DNA from: Mytilus trossulus
Taxonomy: Eukaryota
Direction: 5' to 3'
DNA length: 64,000 bases
Assembly: GCF_036588685.1 (NCBI RefSeq)
Contig: NC_086373.1
Span: 42,346,001-42,410,000 of the forward strand
Shown: positions 42,636-53,488 of the stretch, piece by piece
Layout: the number at the start of each line of letters is the position of its first letter
How positions within the stretch are numbered: the stretch's first letter is position 1
Notes under the pieces: model-generated
Database searches by the model: none
Told to the model about the DNA's origin: nothing
Seen by the model: the letters and a program-made list of their open reading frames with translations, nothing else
Program-made: the position numbers and the translations under genes

Positions 42636-42982
42636 TTTTATAGAAAATCCACAGCCTTTAATACAGAGATTTTTGTTATAAAATTTGAAACATAGATTAC
42701 TCACTTGGGTTTCTATGATGTGCTAGCGTTCATTTCTTACAAAAAGTTCTAAGCAACCTGTAAATTGCAAAACAACTCGTGCTGAGTCACTACAGTCGAG
42801 CGCACCCTAAAAGGTGTACTTGATTCGGTCCATATTTGTATTTGTTTTAACCAATAACTACATTAATAAACTTGTTTTCAGGAAATCAATGCTAGCACTG
42901 CATGCAATAATCCTATATCTATCAGTCATCAAATTACCAAATATGAGAGTACAAGAATAAAGGCTGTGGATTTTCTATAAAA
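42636..42982. mobile_element. MITE with ~25-bp TIRs
   Basis: TTTTATAGAAAATCCACAGCCTTTA ... TAAAGGCTGTGGATTTTCTATAAAA. Confidence 0.7.
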
Positions 42983-43144
42983 TTTCCATATGCCCCAAAT
43001 ACCTGTGATGTTTAAGCATTCAAGTCATTGCAGTCATAGTGTACAGTAGCATTTTGCCAAATAAATAATATTATTAATCATATAATTTATTTTCAGATTT
43101 GTGGACCACAAGTATGGGGAACCCAGTACAAGCTGCTTAATAGC

Positions 43145-43620
43145 ACTACTATAGGGGGTTTTTGGACCCCCCAAAAAGAAATTAAGACCCCCAAGTTATA
43201 TAATCTTACATAATCTCAAATGACATAATATCATGATGTCATGACGTCATACATTTTATAGCACCCATACATTAATGCTGACTCATCCTAATCTTTATCA
43301 CCCATGTTCCTATCATGAATTCATGACGTCATATATTTTATAGCACCCATATATTAATGCTGACTCATCTTTTTATAGCACCCATTGATGTCATACATGA
43401 GTTAAAAAATTATGATTTGATCATCACCTTCTATTTCCCTATTATTTAAATTATTTGGTTCTGAGAAAATTTTCTTCCCCCTTAATTTTTTTAGATGACA
43501 ACTTATGACACCCACTTCTAACCTATCATGACGTCAAACCTATCATAACGTCATAATGCCATACATTTTTATAGCACCCATTCATTTTAATGCTGACTCA
43601 TCCTTTTATAACACCTATTG
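43145..43620. promoter_or_regulatory. Putative left terminal repeat region with clustered CRE and AP-1/ARE motifs
   Basis: TGACGTCA at 43242, 43324 and 43529; TGACTCA (within TGCTGACTCAT) at 43279, 43361 and 43594; TTTATAGCACCCAT repeated at least 4 times; GGGGGT..ACCCCC hairpin next to the ACTACT. Confidence 0.5.
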
Positions 43621-43726
43621 ACAATTGTTTTTTTTTTGGCTTGTGAAACAGGTGATTAATTTTAACACTGACAAGATGTTTGCAATCTTTATAAAATAAA
43701 TGACTAAATACAATATTATTCATAAT

Positions 43727-46700
43727 TTATTGATATGTTGAATTATTCAACATTTTTTGTTCTTTAAAGTACAACAGTTGACTTTCAATCATATCAGCAT
43801 CTTTAATTTCTTTCTGCAATCTTTTTTTAATTCTTTTAAACATGTTCTCGTGATAGTTCATTTTCACTTGTAAGTTGATAAGCCTTTTATTGTTTATTTT
43901 ATCAACCTTTTCCAAATAGGAAATCATCTCATCTTGTTCATTTGATCTGAAAAAATATTTTAATATTTATGTTAAAAGGTTTTGTTGGGTATGAGGGTGT
44001 TGTTTCGTCCTAATCTCAAAGGATGGAACAAATGGAGGTGGAGCAGTGTATCTAAATATTAAATATAAATAAATATATAATCCCAGCGTTTATCTCCTTT
44101 AATATATATATATGACATAATATATAGACTCTAAATAACAGCCCAACACAACAATGTTAGATCTGTAAATTTGCTTTCTCAAATGTTTGTTCTTCCCTCG
44201 CCTGGATTCGAACTCATGCTACTGTGATATCGTGACACCAAATCGCCTTGCACTAAATACCGTCACATCAAACCACTGCGCCACGTCGACCAGATAAAAA
44301 TCTGGTTTTCCGTGGCGTAGTATTACCTTTCCTCGTCGGTTTTAATTTGATGGCGTATTTTAGAACAATATATATATATATATAGAACTGTAGAAATTTG
44401 TTTTGCATGCACACGTATAAAAAATGCGATTTTTATCCAACGCAATCATAGGTTTGAACGTTGTTTTCAATTTAGACTTGTATATATATATATTTTTTTA
44501 TATACAATTTATGTAGGTGTATATGATTATTTTTTGTGGTTTGTAACTGCTGTAATGCCCAATGATGCCCAATCCTATCAGCAATCATACCATATCTCAT
44601 TAATTTGATAAATTAATCTAACAATATTGTAAAACATAAAAAAGAAGAATAAACTTACATTTGTTGGATATGTGGATATCTTTCCGTCTTGATCTCCACG
44701 GATGGAGCAAGCGGAGGTGGAGCAGTGTCTCTAAATATTATATATCAATATACTAAATAAATAAATGATTGGGAATACGTTAAAGTAATAAAAAGTCAAG
44801 AGAATTTCAGAACGCAATTTGGTTCCGAACAATATCTATCACGCTTTGTGCATGCAGACTCCACGCGGCCTTCACGTGATTTTACTATTTTTAGAATAAT
44901 TGCATAGTAACCAAATGCACTTGATTCAACCTTTACTAATTATGCAACATTTTGACCTGGTCGTGATTAATGTCCTATAATAAGAACCCATGCAGCTTTC
45001 ACCTGATTCTCTATTTATAGAAAAATGTCAGATTAACCTGTCCATATGAACTTGATTGATTCTTATCATGTTATTTATATGGAGCGCCTAAATAAATATC
45101 TTATGAACAGAATTTGTAGTGTCAGAAGTTATATTAATTTATTTATGGCATCTTAAACTGTAAATGCATACTATACGCTTTTATACCCCAATATAAAAAA
45201 AAATGAGGCTAATAGGGTGGTAAAGTATAAAGAAATTTAAACAAAATAATTAAACAAAAATAAAGAATACAAACCAATGACATGATAATGGGAAGAATAC
45301 AGAAATTCGCGACTTCCATCGAAACACTCTTTAAGCAACAGTTGCTATTAGCTCATTGGTGAAGGTCGAAAATGCTTCATTTACATATTTTGTGAAGCAA
45401 TTTCTTTATATAATGCATTTGGTTTCGCTCATTGTTGAAGGCCGTAAATGCTTCACTTTTCATATTTTTTAAACAAATTCTAACTAAATATAATGCATTT
45501 GATTTTTCTCATTGTTGAAGGCCGTGAATGCTTCACTTTTCAAATTTTGCTGTGTCCATATCAACGGCAGCTATTTTGACCTTTTTCAAAAGAGATGTCA
45601 AAAACATTTCACTTAAGTCTGATATTCTGTCAGAACATGCTACTTTTACGTTGTTCCCATAAAGGTTTCACTTTTTTTGCTGCATGCAAACTCCAAGCAG
45701 CCTTTACTTGATTTTCAGAATTTTTAGATTGAAAAATTCCGATGTATCCGAGTAATTAAGAACAATCCCGATACAACCGAATGAACTTTCGTCAGGCTTT
45801 ATTATATATCAATATACTAAATAAATAAATGATTGGGAATACGTTAAAGTAATAAAAAGTCAAGAGAATTTCAGAACGCAATTTGGTTCCGAACAATATC
45901 TATCACGCTTTGTGCATGCAGACTCCACGCGGCCTTCACGTGATTTTACTATTTTTAGAATAATTGCATAGTAACCAAATGCACTTGATTCAACCTTTAC
46001 TAATTATGCAACATTTTCGAATAATTCTCTAGAAAATATTTCAATAGGTTCTAAAATTTATGTTGTAAATATAGTACACACTGCAGTTATTAATAGATAA
46101 ATAAAAAAATAACTTGTACCCTTTAATACATCCAATCACAGCGTTCTTAAGTTGACTTCCTACGCCCTGTCTTGGGTACACACAAGGCCAACCTAATGCT
46201 GGGAAAATGTGATACTACCGTTTTCCCTATACATCAAACATTATGAAATTGAATATTTTGTCCAGAACTATACGAATGAAAATTATAATAGATCCAAATT
46301 TTATTCAGATTGTACTATAAAGAAACCGAAGTTTTTTTTCGATTTATTTACATAAACTTATTAAATCAGCTGCAGCATTACTATTATATGTAGACCTTCA
46401 TTGCATAAAACAATGGAAATAACATTGTATATTGATATAAACGATCAAACTTGTTAAATATAAATAAATTCTATATAATCCCGGCGAGGGAAGAACAAAA
46501 TTTGCCACCACAAATCTACATATTTATCATTATTTTGCTGACATTAGAGGAATTATGAATATTATATATATATTACACGGGAAGTAAAGGAGGAGTTTTT
46601 TATTTTAAAATTAAAATAACGACTGAATACAAAGTATGCATGTTCTATTGTGTGATAATGACGTTCCGTACTTCTATATATAGACTAAGTGTAATACGAT

Positions 46701-46981
46701 TTATCTCCCTTAATATACTCAACAACAACTATGACGATACATAGTAACGATGTATAGTTTCACCTGAAGATTGTTTTAAAAACAAACAACATGAAAGTAC
46801 TTGTGAAGTAAAACTATTTATACAGGAAATGTTGGATTTAATAGTAATCTATATATATTTCTATACACAAGAACTTATTGCATCTCCTTATTGCTTTGTA
46901 TATTAATTTAACTTGTGACAATATATGTGAAACATAAAACTATAAAACTTACATTTGAGTGATGCTAGGTTTGCTTTCCAT
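43727..46981 (-). CDS. Spliced small protein (~106 aa), Pro-rich N-terminus plus coiled-coil C-terminus, in the putative Polinton left arm
   Basis: Exons 46981-46953 (ATG..AT|gtaagt), 44730-44659 (tttag|..AT|gtaagt) and 43946-43727 (ttcag|..TAA), all phase 2, give MESKPSITQIDTAPPPLAPSVEIKTERYPHIQQISNEQDEMISYLEK... Confidence 0.55.
44130..44290 (-). mobile_element. tRNA-derived SINE-like element (Pol III A and B boxes)
   Basis: A box TGGCGCAGTGG (44273-44283) and B box GTTCGAATCC (44204-44213); a partial second copy lies at ~46478-46530 on the + strand. Confidence 0.6.
44737..46017. repeat. 217-bp direct repeat pair (44737-44953 and 45801-46017)
   Basis: The two copies appear identical by eye, offset by 1064 bp. 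Confidence 0.85.
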
Positions 46982-47504
46982 CCTTTTGTAGGTTATCAAG
47001 ATTAACTATAGAGTACCATCTATATATTTATATATAAAATTAAACTGTCTAAATTAATTAATATTATATGTTGTATAGTTTAAGGATAAATTCCAATGTC
47101 AGGTTGTAAACGTATTTTCAATTTTAAAATCCGTAAGGCATCCATTATTCATCAATTTTTGTGAAGTTTTAGTCAGATAAATTCATAAATGAAATATGGT
47201 ATTAATTTTACATGTGATTAATTGAAATAATAATTGTTTTAGTCTTCAGGGTACAAAAGCAATAGTGTTACCATTTCAAGACAACAATTTAAAAGTGCAA
47301 CGACACAATTTTTAACAAAAACAATTATTATTATACTTTACTATAGTAACCACTAATAAAATAAACTTCACAAATAATCCCTTTTTCCGGCGCGTACTGC
47401 GCGTAGGCAAAATAACTGTGCGGATATGAGCGCGTAGGCAAAATAACTCATTTGGCGGCAATTTGCACGTCGTCTTTCAAATAACAACTCTAAGTTCAGT
47501 TCAG

Positions 47505-47672
47505 TATAATAATACAGTTATGGCCTTCATAAAAGTTAATATTCAAAATTATTAAATTTCGAAAAAGATTAGTTTACCTCGGTCCTACGGACCTCGAGAA
47601 AAATAACCCTTTTCTCGATTTAATAATTCTGGATATTAACTTTTGATGAAGGCCATGATTGTATATTATTCA
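47505..47672. mobile_element. Fold-back MITE-like palindrome
   Basis: ATGGCCTTCATAAAAGTTAATAT...ATATTAACTTTTGATGAAGGCCAT inverted arms. Confidence 0.7.
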
Positions 47673-47900
47673 ATAAGTAATAATTTTTTTATGAAATTGT
47701 TCTCATTTTAATAGTAAATGTTTAACGAATTTATTGAAAATGCATGGACCATTTGTGTCTGAAATAAGAGATTATCTTATCTTATCGTAATAGGATTCCA
47801 ATACAATAGGATCGAACAATCTAATTTATATGTGGCGAATAGGCCGGGGTCGAAAGATTATCGTTCCACAGGTACGCATGAGCGGCCATTTGCAGAAAAC

Positions 47901-49765
47901 ATGAAGATGTTTTTAGCGGTGATTGTGTTTTCTTTGTATTTTTTTATGTACACAGATGCTTGTTTGTCATGTACAAAATTAGGAATCACCACAGAGTGTC
48001 TGTGCGAAGAAGGAATATGTTTACACATTGAAGATGACAAAATATACCTTGTCAAACTGACTGGATCGTGTAACTGTAATGTTACGTATATATCCAAGAA
48101 ACCCTCACTGGTCCTAAATAGGAACGATGCATCTTGTTCCTGGACATGTTCAAGTTTTCTTTGTTGTAAGTTATTATAGAAACTATACCAATATATTATG
48201 TAACACTCCTCTGATTATAATAATGTTTTTAAATCTTACATGTAATATAACATATGTTTATTTCAAATACAGTTACGTTAATTTTGTCGTCCATTATATA
48301 GTTTCTTGTCCCACTTATTGTCCTACATACAGAAAATGTAGATGCAAACTATTTCATGATTGTGGTTGATTCTGCATATACACATTCTAATAGCTTTAAT
48401 TACAGTTAATGATAAANNNNNNNNNNNNNNNNNNNNNNNNNNNNNNNNNNNNNNNNNNNNNNNNNNNNNNNNNNNNNNNNNNNNNNNNNNNNNNNNNNNN
48501 NNNNNNNNNNNNNNNNNNNNNNNNNNNNNNNNNNNNNNNNNNNNNNNNNNNNTCAAGGATATTGTGTTAATAGAAAAAAAGAAAGAAAAACTGTCAATAC
48601 ATCATAAAGTATTCCTTCAAAATACAACATTTACAAAAATATGAATGAAATCTTGTGTTTATTTTACAGTTCCTGATAATGCAACAGTTACAACCAAAAG
48701 TAATCTGTTACTTACCACACTGACAACAGGTGCAGTACCTCAAAAGACAGAAGCTACAACAGAAAAGACACCAATAACAACAGGAGTAACAACATCAACT
48801 ATCACCATAGGAGAAGCAACAGACACAACACAGACAATATCCATGACAGTAACAACAACAGATATAAATTATACCATTACAGGTACAAAAAAAAAATGTA
48901 TTACCTTTTTTGTACATTGAATTTTGTTGTGTAAAAAATAGATGTAAATCAAGATTTTTGTTTGATTTATGAAATACATTGTTGAAGTGAGCCAAGTTTG
49001 TAATGTCCATTGGCCAATATTTCAAAGATTTTAAGGACAGTGTCACATTATAAACTTTATCTTTCCTGTACTTTTTTTTTCAGAGTTCACCTCTGTAATT
49101 TGAAAAGTAACTTGATCTTAAAGGTGTTTCATTGAGTAAATATTTATATAAATGCCCCAAAAAAAAAAGTGTACAAAACAACACCAATATATATATAAAA
49201 AAAAGAAACATTAAATATAAATATCTATGAATATTTTGGATAACAGATATCCTTCATCAGTATGATAATGATGTAAATTGAATCATATCAATCTATTCTG
49301 ATTTAACTATAATAATTTTTTTTTTTTATAGGATTGTGGATTTGGGCTGTAGTTTTCAGTGTTTTCATTGTAGCTGCCTTAATGAAACTTATTCTTCAAC
49401 TGCGAAAACAACAGAACCAATACTTACCACTGCTTAGAAGCCTTAATTCTACCACAAATTCACATCTTTATAGCCAGACCATGCAGTCCTCATATTTAAG
49501 TATGGAATCATCCCAAACACCATCAGCACAGGGAAATATTAGCACGCCTGAACCATTCAATCGTAGCATCTACACGCCACCACAGTCATCAAGCCCAAAA
49601 CATGATACACTACCATCACCACCTACAGTATTTCATATCAATGACCAAGAGGAATCACCTGAACCTTCTGCATCACCAATTGAATTGATGTCAATATCTC
49701 CCATTGCCAGTAGAACAAGAACCAAAACCAAAAAAAAGATCATGTTTGAGGAAATTAATTTGTAA
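47901..49765 (+). CDS. Spliced type I membrane glycoprotein (~303 aa): signal peptide, 10-Cys ectodomain, Thr-rich mucin stalk, TM helix, Ser/Pro-rich tail
   Basis: Exons 47901-48165 (|gtaagt), 48670-48882 (tttacag|..|gtacaa) and 49332-49765 (tttatag|), all phase 1. Signal MKMFLAVIVFSLYFFMYTDA; TM LWIWAVVFSVFIVAALMKLIL. An N gap in intron 1 could hide further exons. Confidence 0.75.
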
Positions 49766-49947
49766 AAAAAAATTACTTGGACATTTTGAATCAAAGTCAG
49801 AAAAAAAATCATAACTTTTAATTTTTTTTTTTTTTATTTCTTTGGATAAAAAAAGACCATAATTGTCTAAATAAATATTTTTTAGTGCATCAGTTTGTTC
49901 AAGAAAGAAAAATAGCAACAACAAAAAAATCAGAAATACTACTACTT

Positions 49948-50183
49948 AAGGTTTAGACTACACATTCCAAATAGGCTGATTTGTTGTCAATTTTTATTTT
50001 CATGAATGTTTAGACTACAATTCCACATAGGTTGTTTTGTTGTCAATTTTTATGTCCATGAAGGTTTAGCCTACAATTCCAAATAGGTTGTTTTGTTGCC
50101 AATTTTTATATTCATGAAGGTTTAGACTACAAATTCTAAATATGTTTGTTTTATTGTCAACTTTTATATTCATTAGGGTTTAG
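49948..50183. repeat. Tandem repeat, ~57-bp unit x4
   Basis: AAGGTTTAGACTACAATTCCAAATAGGTTGTTTTGTTGTCAATTTTTATATTCATG units. Confidence 0.85.
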
Positions 50184-51496
50184 AAAAGCATGTCTGTCAT
50201 TATTATTAGATTAGATTTACAGTAGATGTAGCATTTAATCCCATTGTTGAATCTAGATTTTGTTGTAGTTGTTTTTTGTTTTGTTTTAATTTAGATATGA
50301 AGTTTAGAAAAAAAAATGTCAGTCATTTTTACTAGATTTAATTTACAGTAGATGTAGTTATTTTTTACACTGTTAAATCTAAATTTTTGTTTTTAATTTA
50401 GATATTCAATTAATAACTAGTCATTTTGTATTTGTGCCAATGAATTTTATTTACAAAACACTCAATATATGTGCCATTAATAGCATTATTACAATACATC
50501 ATAAATTAGGTAAACTTATAGAAATCTTAAAACATGTATACCCCCCTTTTTTTACTTTTTCATAAATATCACGTATCATGTTTATATGTGCCTATAAACT
50601 GTGATAAATTTATTTTAAATACAACACTAAATAATAGCTGTATGTTTGCTCATTATATGTGTCCATATTATGTAGTTCTACTTATTATTTGAAAAAAAAT
50701 AATACTTATGGTGCTTATTTGAACAATACTTTTTTTTTAATATTTGTTATAGATGCATTTCTTTTATAATGTAGATCATTGATAATTTTTTTATTGTCTA
50801 GTTTTATACTTATGATATTATTATTATTATGTTTTTATAAAATTTTATACACCATTATTATTAAACTACCTCATTTCATTGCTGATGGTTTTTTTTTTGG
50901 ACAAAAATCAAATGCAAAGTGTTGTTGCCACTTTTGTTATATAAAATTTATACACTGTTATTGTTTAAACTACTGCATTTTATACAGATTATGACATTAT
51001 GTACCTTATTTAATGCCTCTGATGTTTTACTACAAATTCCAGATGTGAAATGTTATTGAAAGAACTGAAATATATCCCATATCAAGAACACTTTGATATC
51101 ATTGTTTTTGTTTGAATGTTTTAATACACTATTAATGTTAAGTTGATTTAATATGATCAGTTTAAATACTTTTTTTTGTGTTTTTGTTGTTGTTGTATAT
51201 TTTGTTATAATTACTGTTCCAAATAATAAAAATGTTTATTAAATGTTTTTCTTTTCACTAAGCAGCTGTTGATGTCAGGGGAGGAGGGTCTTAATTTGTG
51301 GTAAAAAAGGTTTAGATTTTTTTTCGTATGAGATATGAAGGCTGTTGTTCACTTTTAGACCTTTTTTTTTTGAAAACATAGACAACAAAAAGACCACATT
51401 AATACACGTGATGTCATTACTTGTGTCCTTAATAATAACCTTAGTAACATTTTTTTTTATCATAATGAATTAGAGTTTTGTTCAGGACACATCAAA

Positions 51497-51988
51497 ATGG
51501 AAAAAATTGTTGAAGAGGAAACTGACAGTTTGGCCATTCCTATGGCATACTCACACTCAAGCATGAGATCTAGTATAAGTTCTTTGTTTAGGAACTATGA
51601 CATTCATTTCGACATTTTGAAAATGACAGGAATTTTGGTACTTTTATCTATAATGAGTGCTACTTTGGCAATGACTCATCATATTTATGCTTGTGACAAT
51701 TCTCAAAACAGAACTGATTGTATTTCATTATTAACTACCGACTCTTTGGACCAACAACAAAATTTTAGTTTGTGTACTTACATGAAACAATTTCAATTAC
51801 CAGGACATTACTATGTCACAATATGTACCTATCAAGCAGACATCAGAGTTGATGTCCGAATGTATCTTAATGATAGACCTACAATCAAAGGATTCTTTCT
51901 GAACACAAATCAATATGAATATTTAAAAAGGTTGATACCACATATTGACAAATCTATAAGCAACGCAAGAGCAAGAATAGGACAATGA
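51497..51988 (+). CDS. Transmembrane protein with C-terminal PC4-like ssDNA-binding domain
   Basis: Hydrophobic ILKMTGILVLLSIMSATLAM segment, then FQLPGHYYVTICTYQADIRVDVRMYLNDRPTIKGFFLNTNQYEYLKRLIPHID, matching the PC4 pattern YVTV..F.G...IDIR.Y....P.KKGI.L...QW..L. Confidence 0.75.
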   Translation: MEKIVEEETDSLAIPMAYSHSSMRSSISSLFRNYDIHFDILKMTGILVLLSIMSATLAMTHHIYACDNSQNRTDCISLLTTDSLDQQQNFSLCTYMKQFQLPGHYYVTICTYQADIRVDVRMYLNDRPTIKGFFLNTNQYEYLKRLIPHIDKSISNARARIGQ

Positions 51989-52049
51989 TAAAAGAGAACC
52001 TGGTGGAATTTTCATGTACTATATACTTTTATGTGTGTATATAGACTTT

Positions 52050-52081
<32 letters not shown>

Positions 52082-52120
52082 GGAAATAATCGTATAACTA
52101 TAGATCAGACTGATATCGCT

Positions 52121-52783
52121 ATGAGTGACGAAAAGACGCTTCTCCCCTTTTCTTCCCCGACAACAATGTATATTGCCGGTCCGACGCAATCTGGAAAATC
52201 GATGTTCACCAAAAAACTCATCGAAAATGCTTCAAAAATGTTTACGGAAACACCAGATAGAATCTTGTATGCTTATTCCGAGTATCAGACATTGTTCGAC
52301 GACATGCAGAATATTCCAAATTTAACTTTTCAAGAAGGACTACCAGACAAACAGGAAATAGACGAGTTTACCCTAAATACGAAACATGCTTTAATTATAC
52401 TCGATGATTTAGTATCTAAAATTGTGCAATCCTCCGACCAATTGCATTTGTTTTCTGTAACCAGTCACCACAAAAAGGCATCAGTGGTGCTGATTTCTCA
52501 ATCTTTGTATCCGCCAGGGAAGTTTTCGAAAAGTATATCCCTGAACTGTGCTAATTTTGTCTTGTTTCGTAATCCACGAGATATGCGTCAATTGACAACA
52601 TTTGCCTCTCAGATACTTCCTGGCATGACAAAATATTTTAATGATTCTTATAGAAAGGCAACTCGGGAAAGATTTAACTACCTTTTTGTCGACCTGTCTA
52701 ATCAAAGAGAGGACAGAGAAAAGTTTATGTTACGCACGGGAATTTTCCCCAACGATACTTGTGTGGTTTACAGACCTGTATAA
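52121..52783 (+). CDS. Polinton DNA-packaging ATPase (FtsK/HerA, A32-like)
   Basis: Walker A GPTQSGKS, Walker B LIILDDL, SHH and VLISQ motifs. Start moved to ATG 52121 because the upstream extension is a TA microsatellite. Confidence 0.95.
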   Translation: MSDEKTLLPFSSPTTMYIAGPTQSGKSMFTKKLIENASKMFTETPDRILYAYSEYQTLFDDMQNIPNLTFQEGLPDKQEIDEFTLNTKHALIILDDLVSKIVQSSDQLHLFSVTSHHKKASVVLISQSLYPPGKFSKSISLNCANFVLFRNPRDMRQLTTFASQILPGMTKYFNDSYRKATRERFNYLFVDLSNQREDREKFMLRTGIFPNDTCVVYRPV

Positions 52784-52832
52784 AATAGACACCAACCCAT
52801 CTTGACTTTTAATTCTGTTTTTGCTGACAAAC

Positions 52833-53141
52833 ATGAGCGGTCGTATGAGATCCAACTCAGTGTTATTGAAGTTTCTGTACAAGACAAACAAAAAGCAAAG
52901 AGTGACTGTCTTATCACACCTTAGTAAAGAAGAAATAGAAGTTTTTTCTGAGATAGCTCTGAACATTTATAAAGGAGTGTTTCCAAACAAAACGAAATAC
53001 GTGAACACTTTAAAACCGTTTAAATCGATCGTTTTCAGACTGGGATCAAAGTCGGTGAGTAGTCAAAAGAAGAAGAAAATTCTGATCCGATACCAAAACA
53101 TAATTCCACTCTTAATACGACCTGTTTTGGAATTTCTGTAG
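52833..53141 (+). CDS. Small basic Polinton protein (putative virion core protein)
   Basis: Immediately follows the ATPase; the EIALNIYKG...KKKIL..IIPLLIRPVL pattern resembles small ORFs commonly seen in Polintons. Confidence 0.7.
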   Translation: MSGRMRSNSVLLKFLYKTNKKQRVTVLSHLSKEEIEVFSEIALNIYKGVFPNKTKYVNTLKPFKSIVFRLGSKSVSSQKKKKILIRYQNIIPLLIRPVLEFL

Positions 53142-53151
53142 CACGATCATA

Positions 53152-53415
53152 ATGGCTAAAGAACTGATATTATTAGCAAAGAGAAAATACGAAGAATTAT
53201 TGGCATCGCAACCTTCAGCTAATGAAGACAATCAAGAAGACATGAAATATTCATCTGACCCTCCAGTAGATGTTTCAACACAAATTGGAAACGGCTTATT
53301 TGTTGAAAAAAATGATGATAATTATGCAGGCACGCCTGGAGTTCTTCAACATCCCTCACCTAAAATAAAAAATGCGAGACGGAGAAAGAAAAACGTAAAA
53401 TGGATACCGTATTGA
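53152..53415 (+). CDS. Small Polinton protein with QIGNG motif and basic C-terminus ending WIPY
   Basis: Intact ORF tightly packed after the previous one and followed by AATAAA at ~53457. Confidence 0.65.
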   Translation: MAKELILLAKRKYEELLASQPSANEDNQEDMKYSSDPPVDVSTQIGNGLFVEKNDDNYAGTPGVLQHPSPKIKNARRRKKNVKWIPY

Positions 53416-53488
53416 CTCTACTTTTTTTTTTTTTTTTATCTGTGTAAAATAGTTATAATAAAACAATAGAAATTGACAAGTTTTTTAT

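Noticed and set aside
43097-43144. Exon-like segment after TTTTCAG abutting the putative Polinton end
   Set aside because: Too short to assign; it needs the empty-site sequence.
44200-44290. Genuine tRNA gene
   Set aside because: It has A and B boxes, but no convincing cloverleaf and a SINE-like body downstream.
52031-52120. N-terminal extension of the ATPase
   Set aside because: It translates a (TA)n microsatellite; ATG 52121 gives a typical ATPase start.
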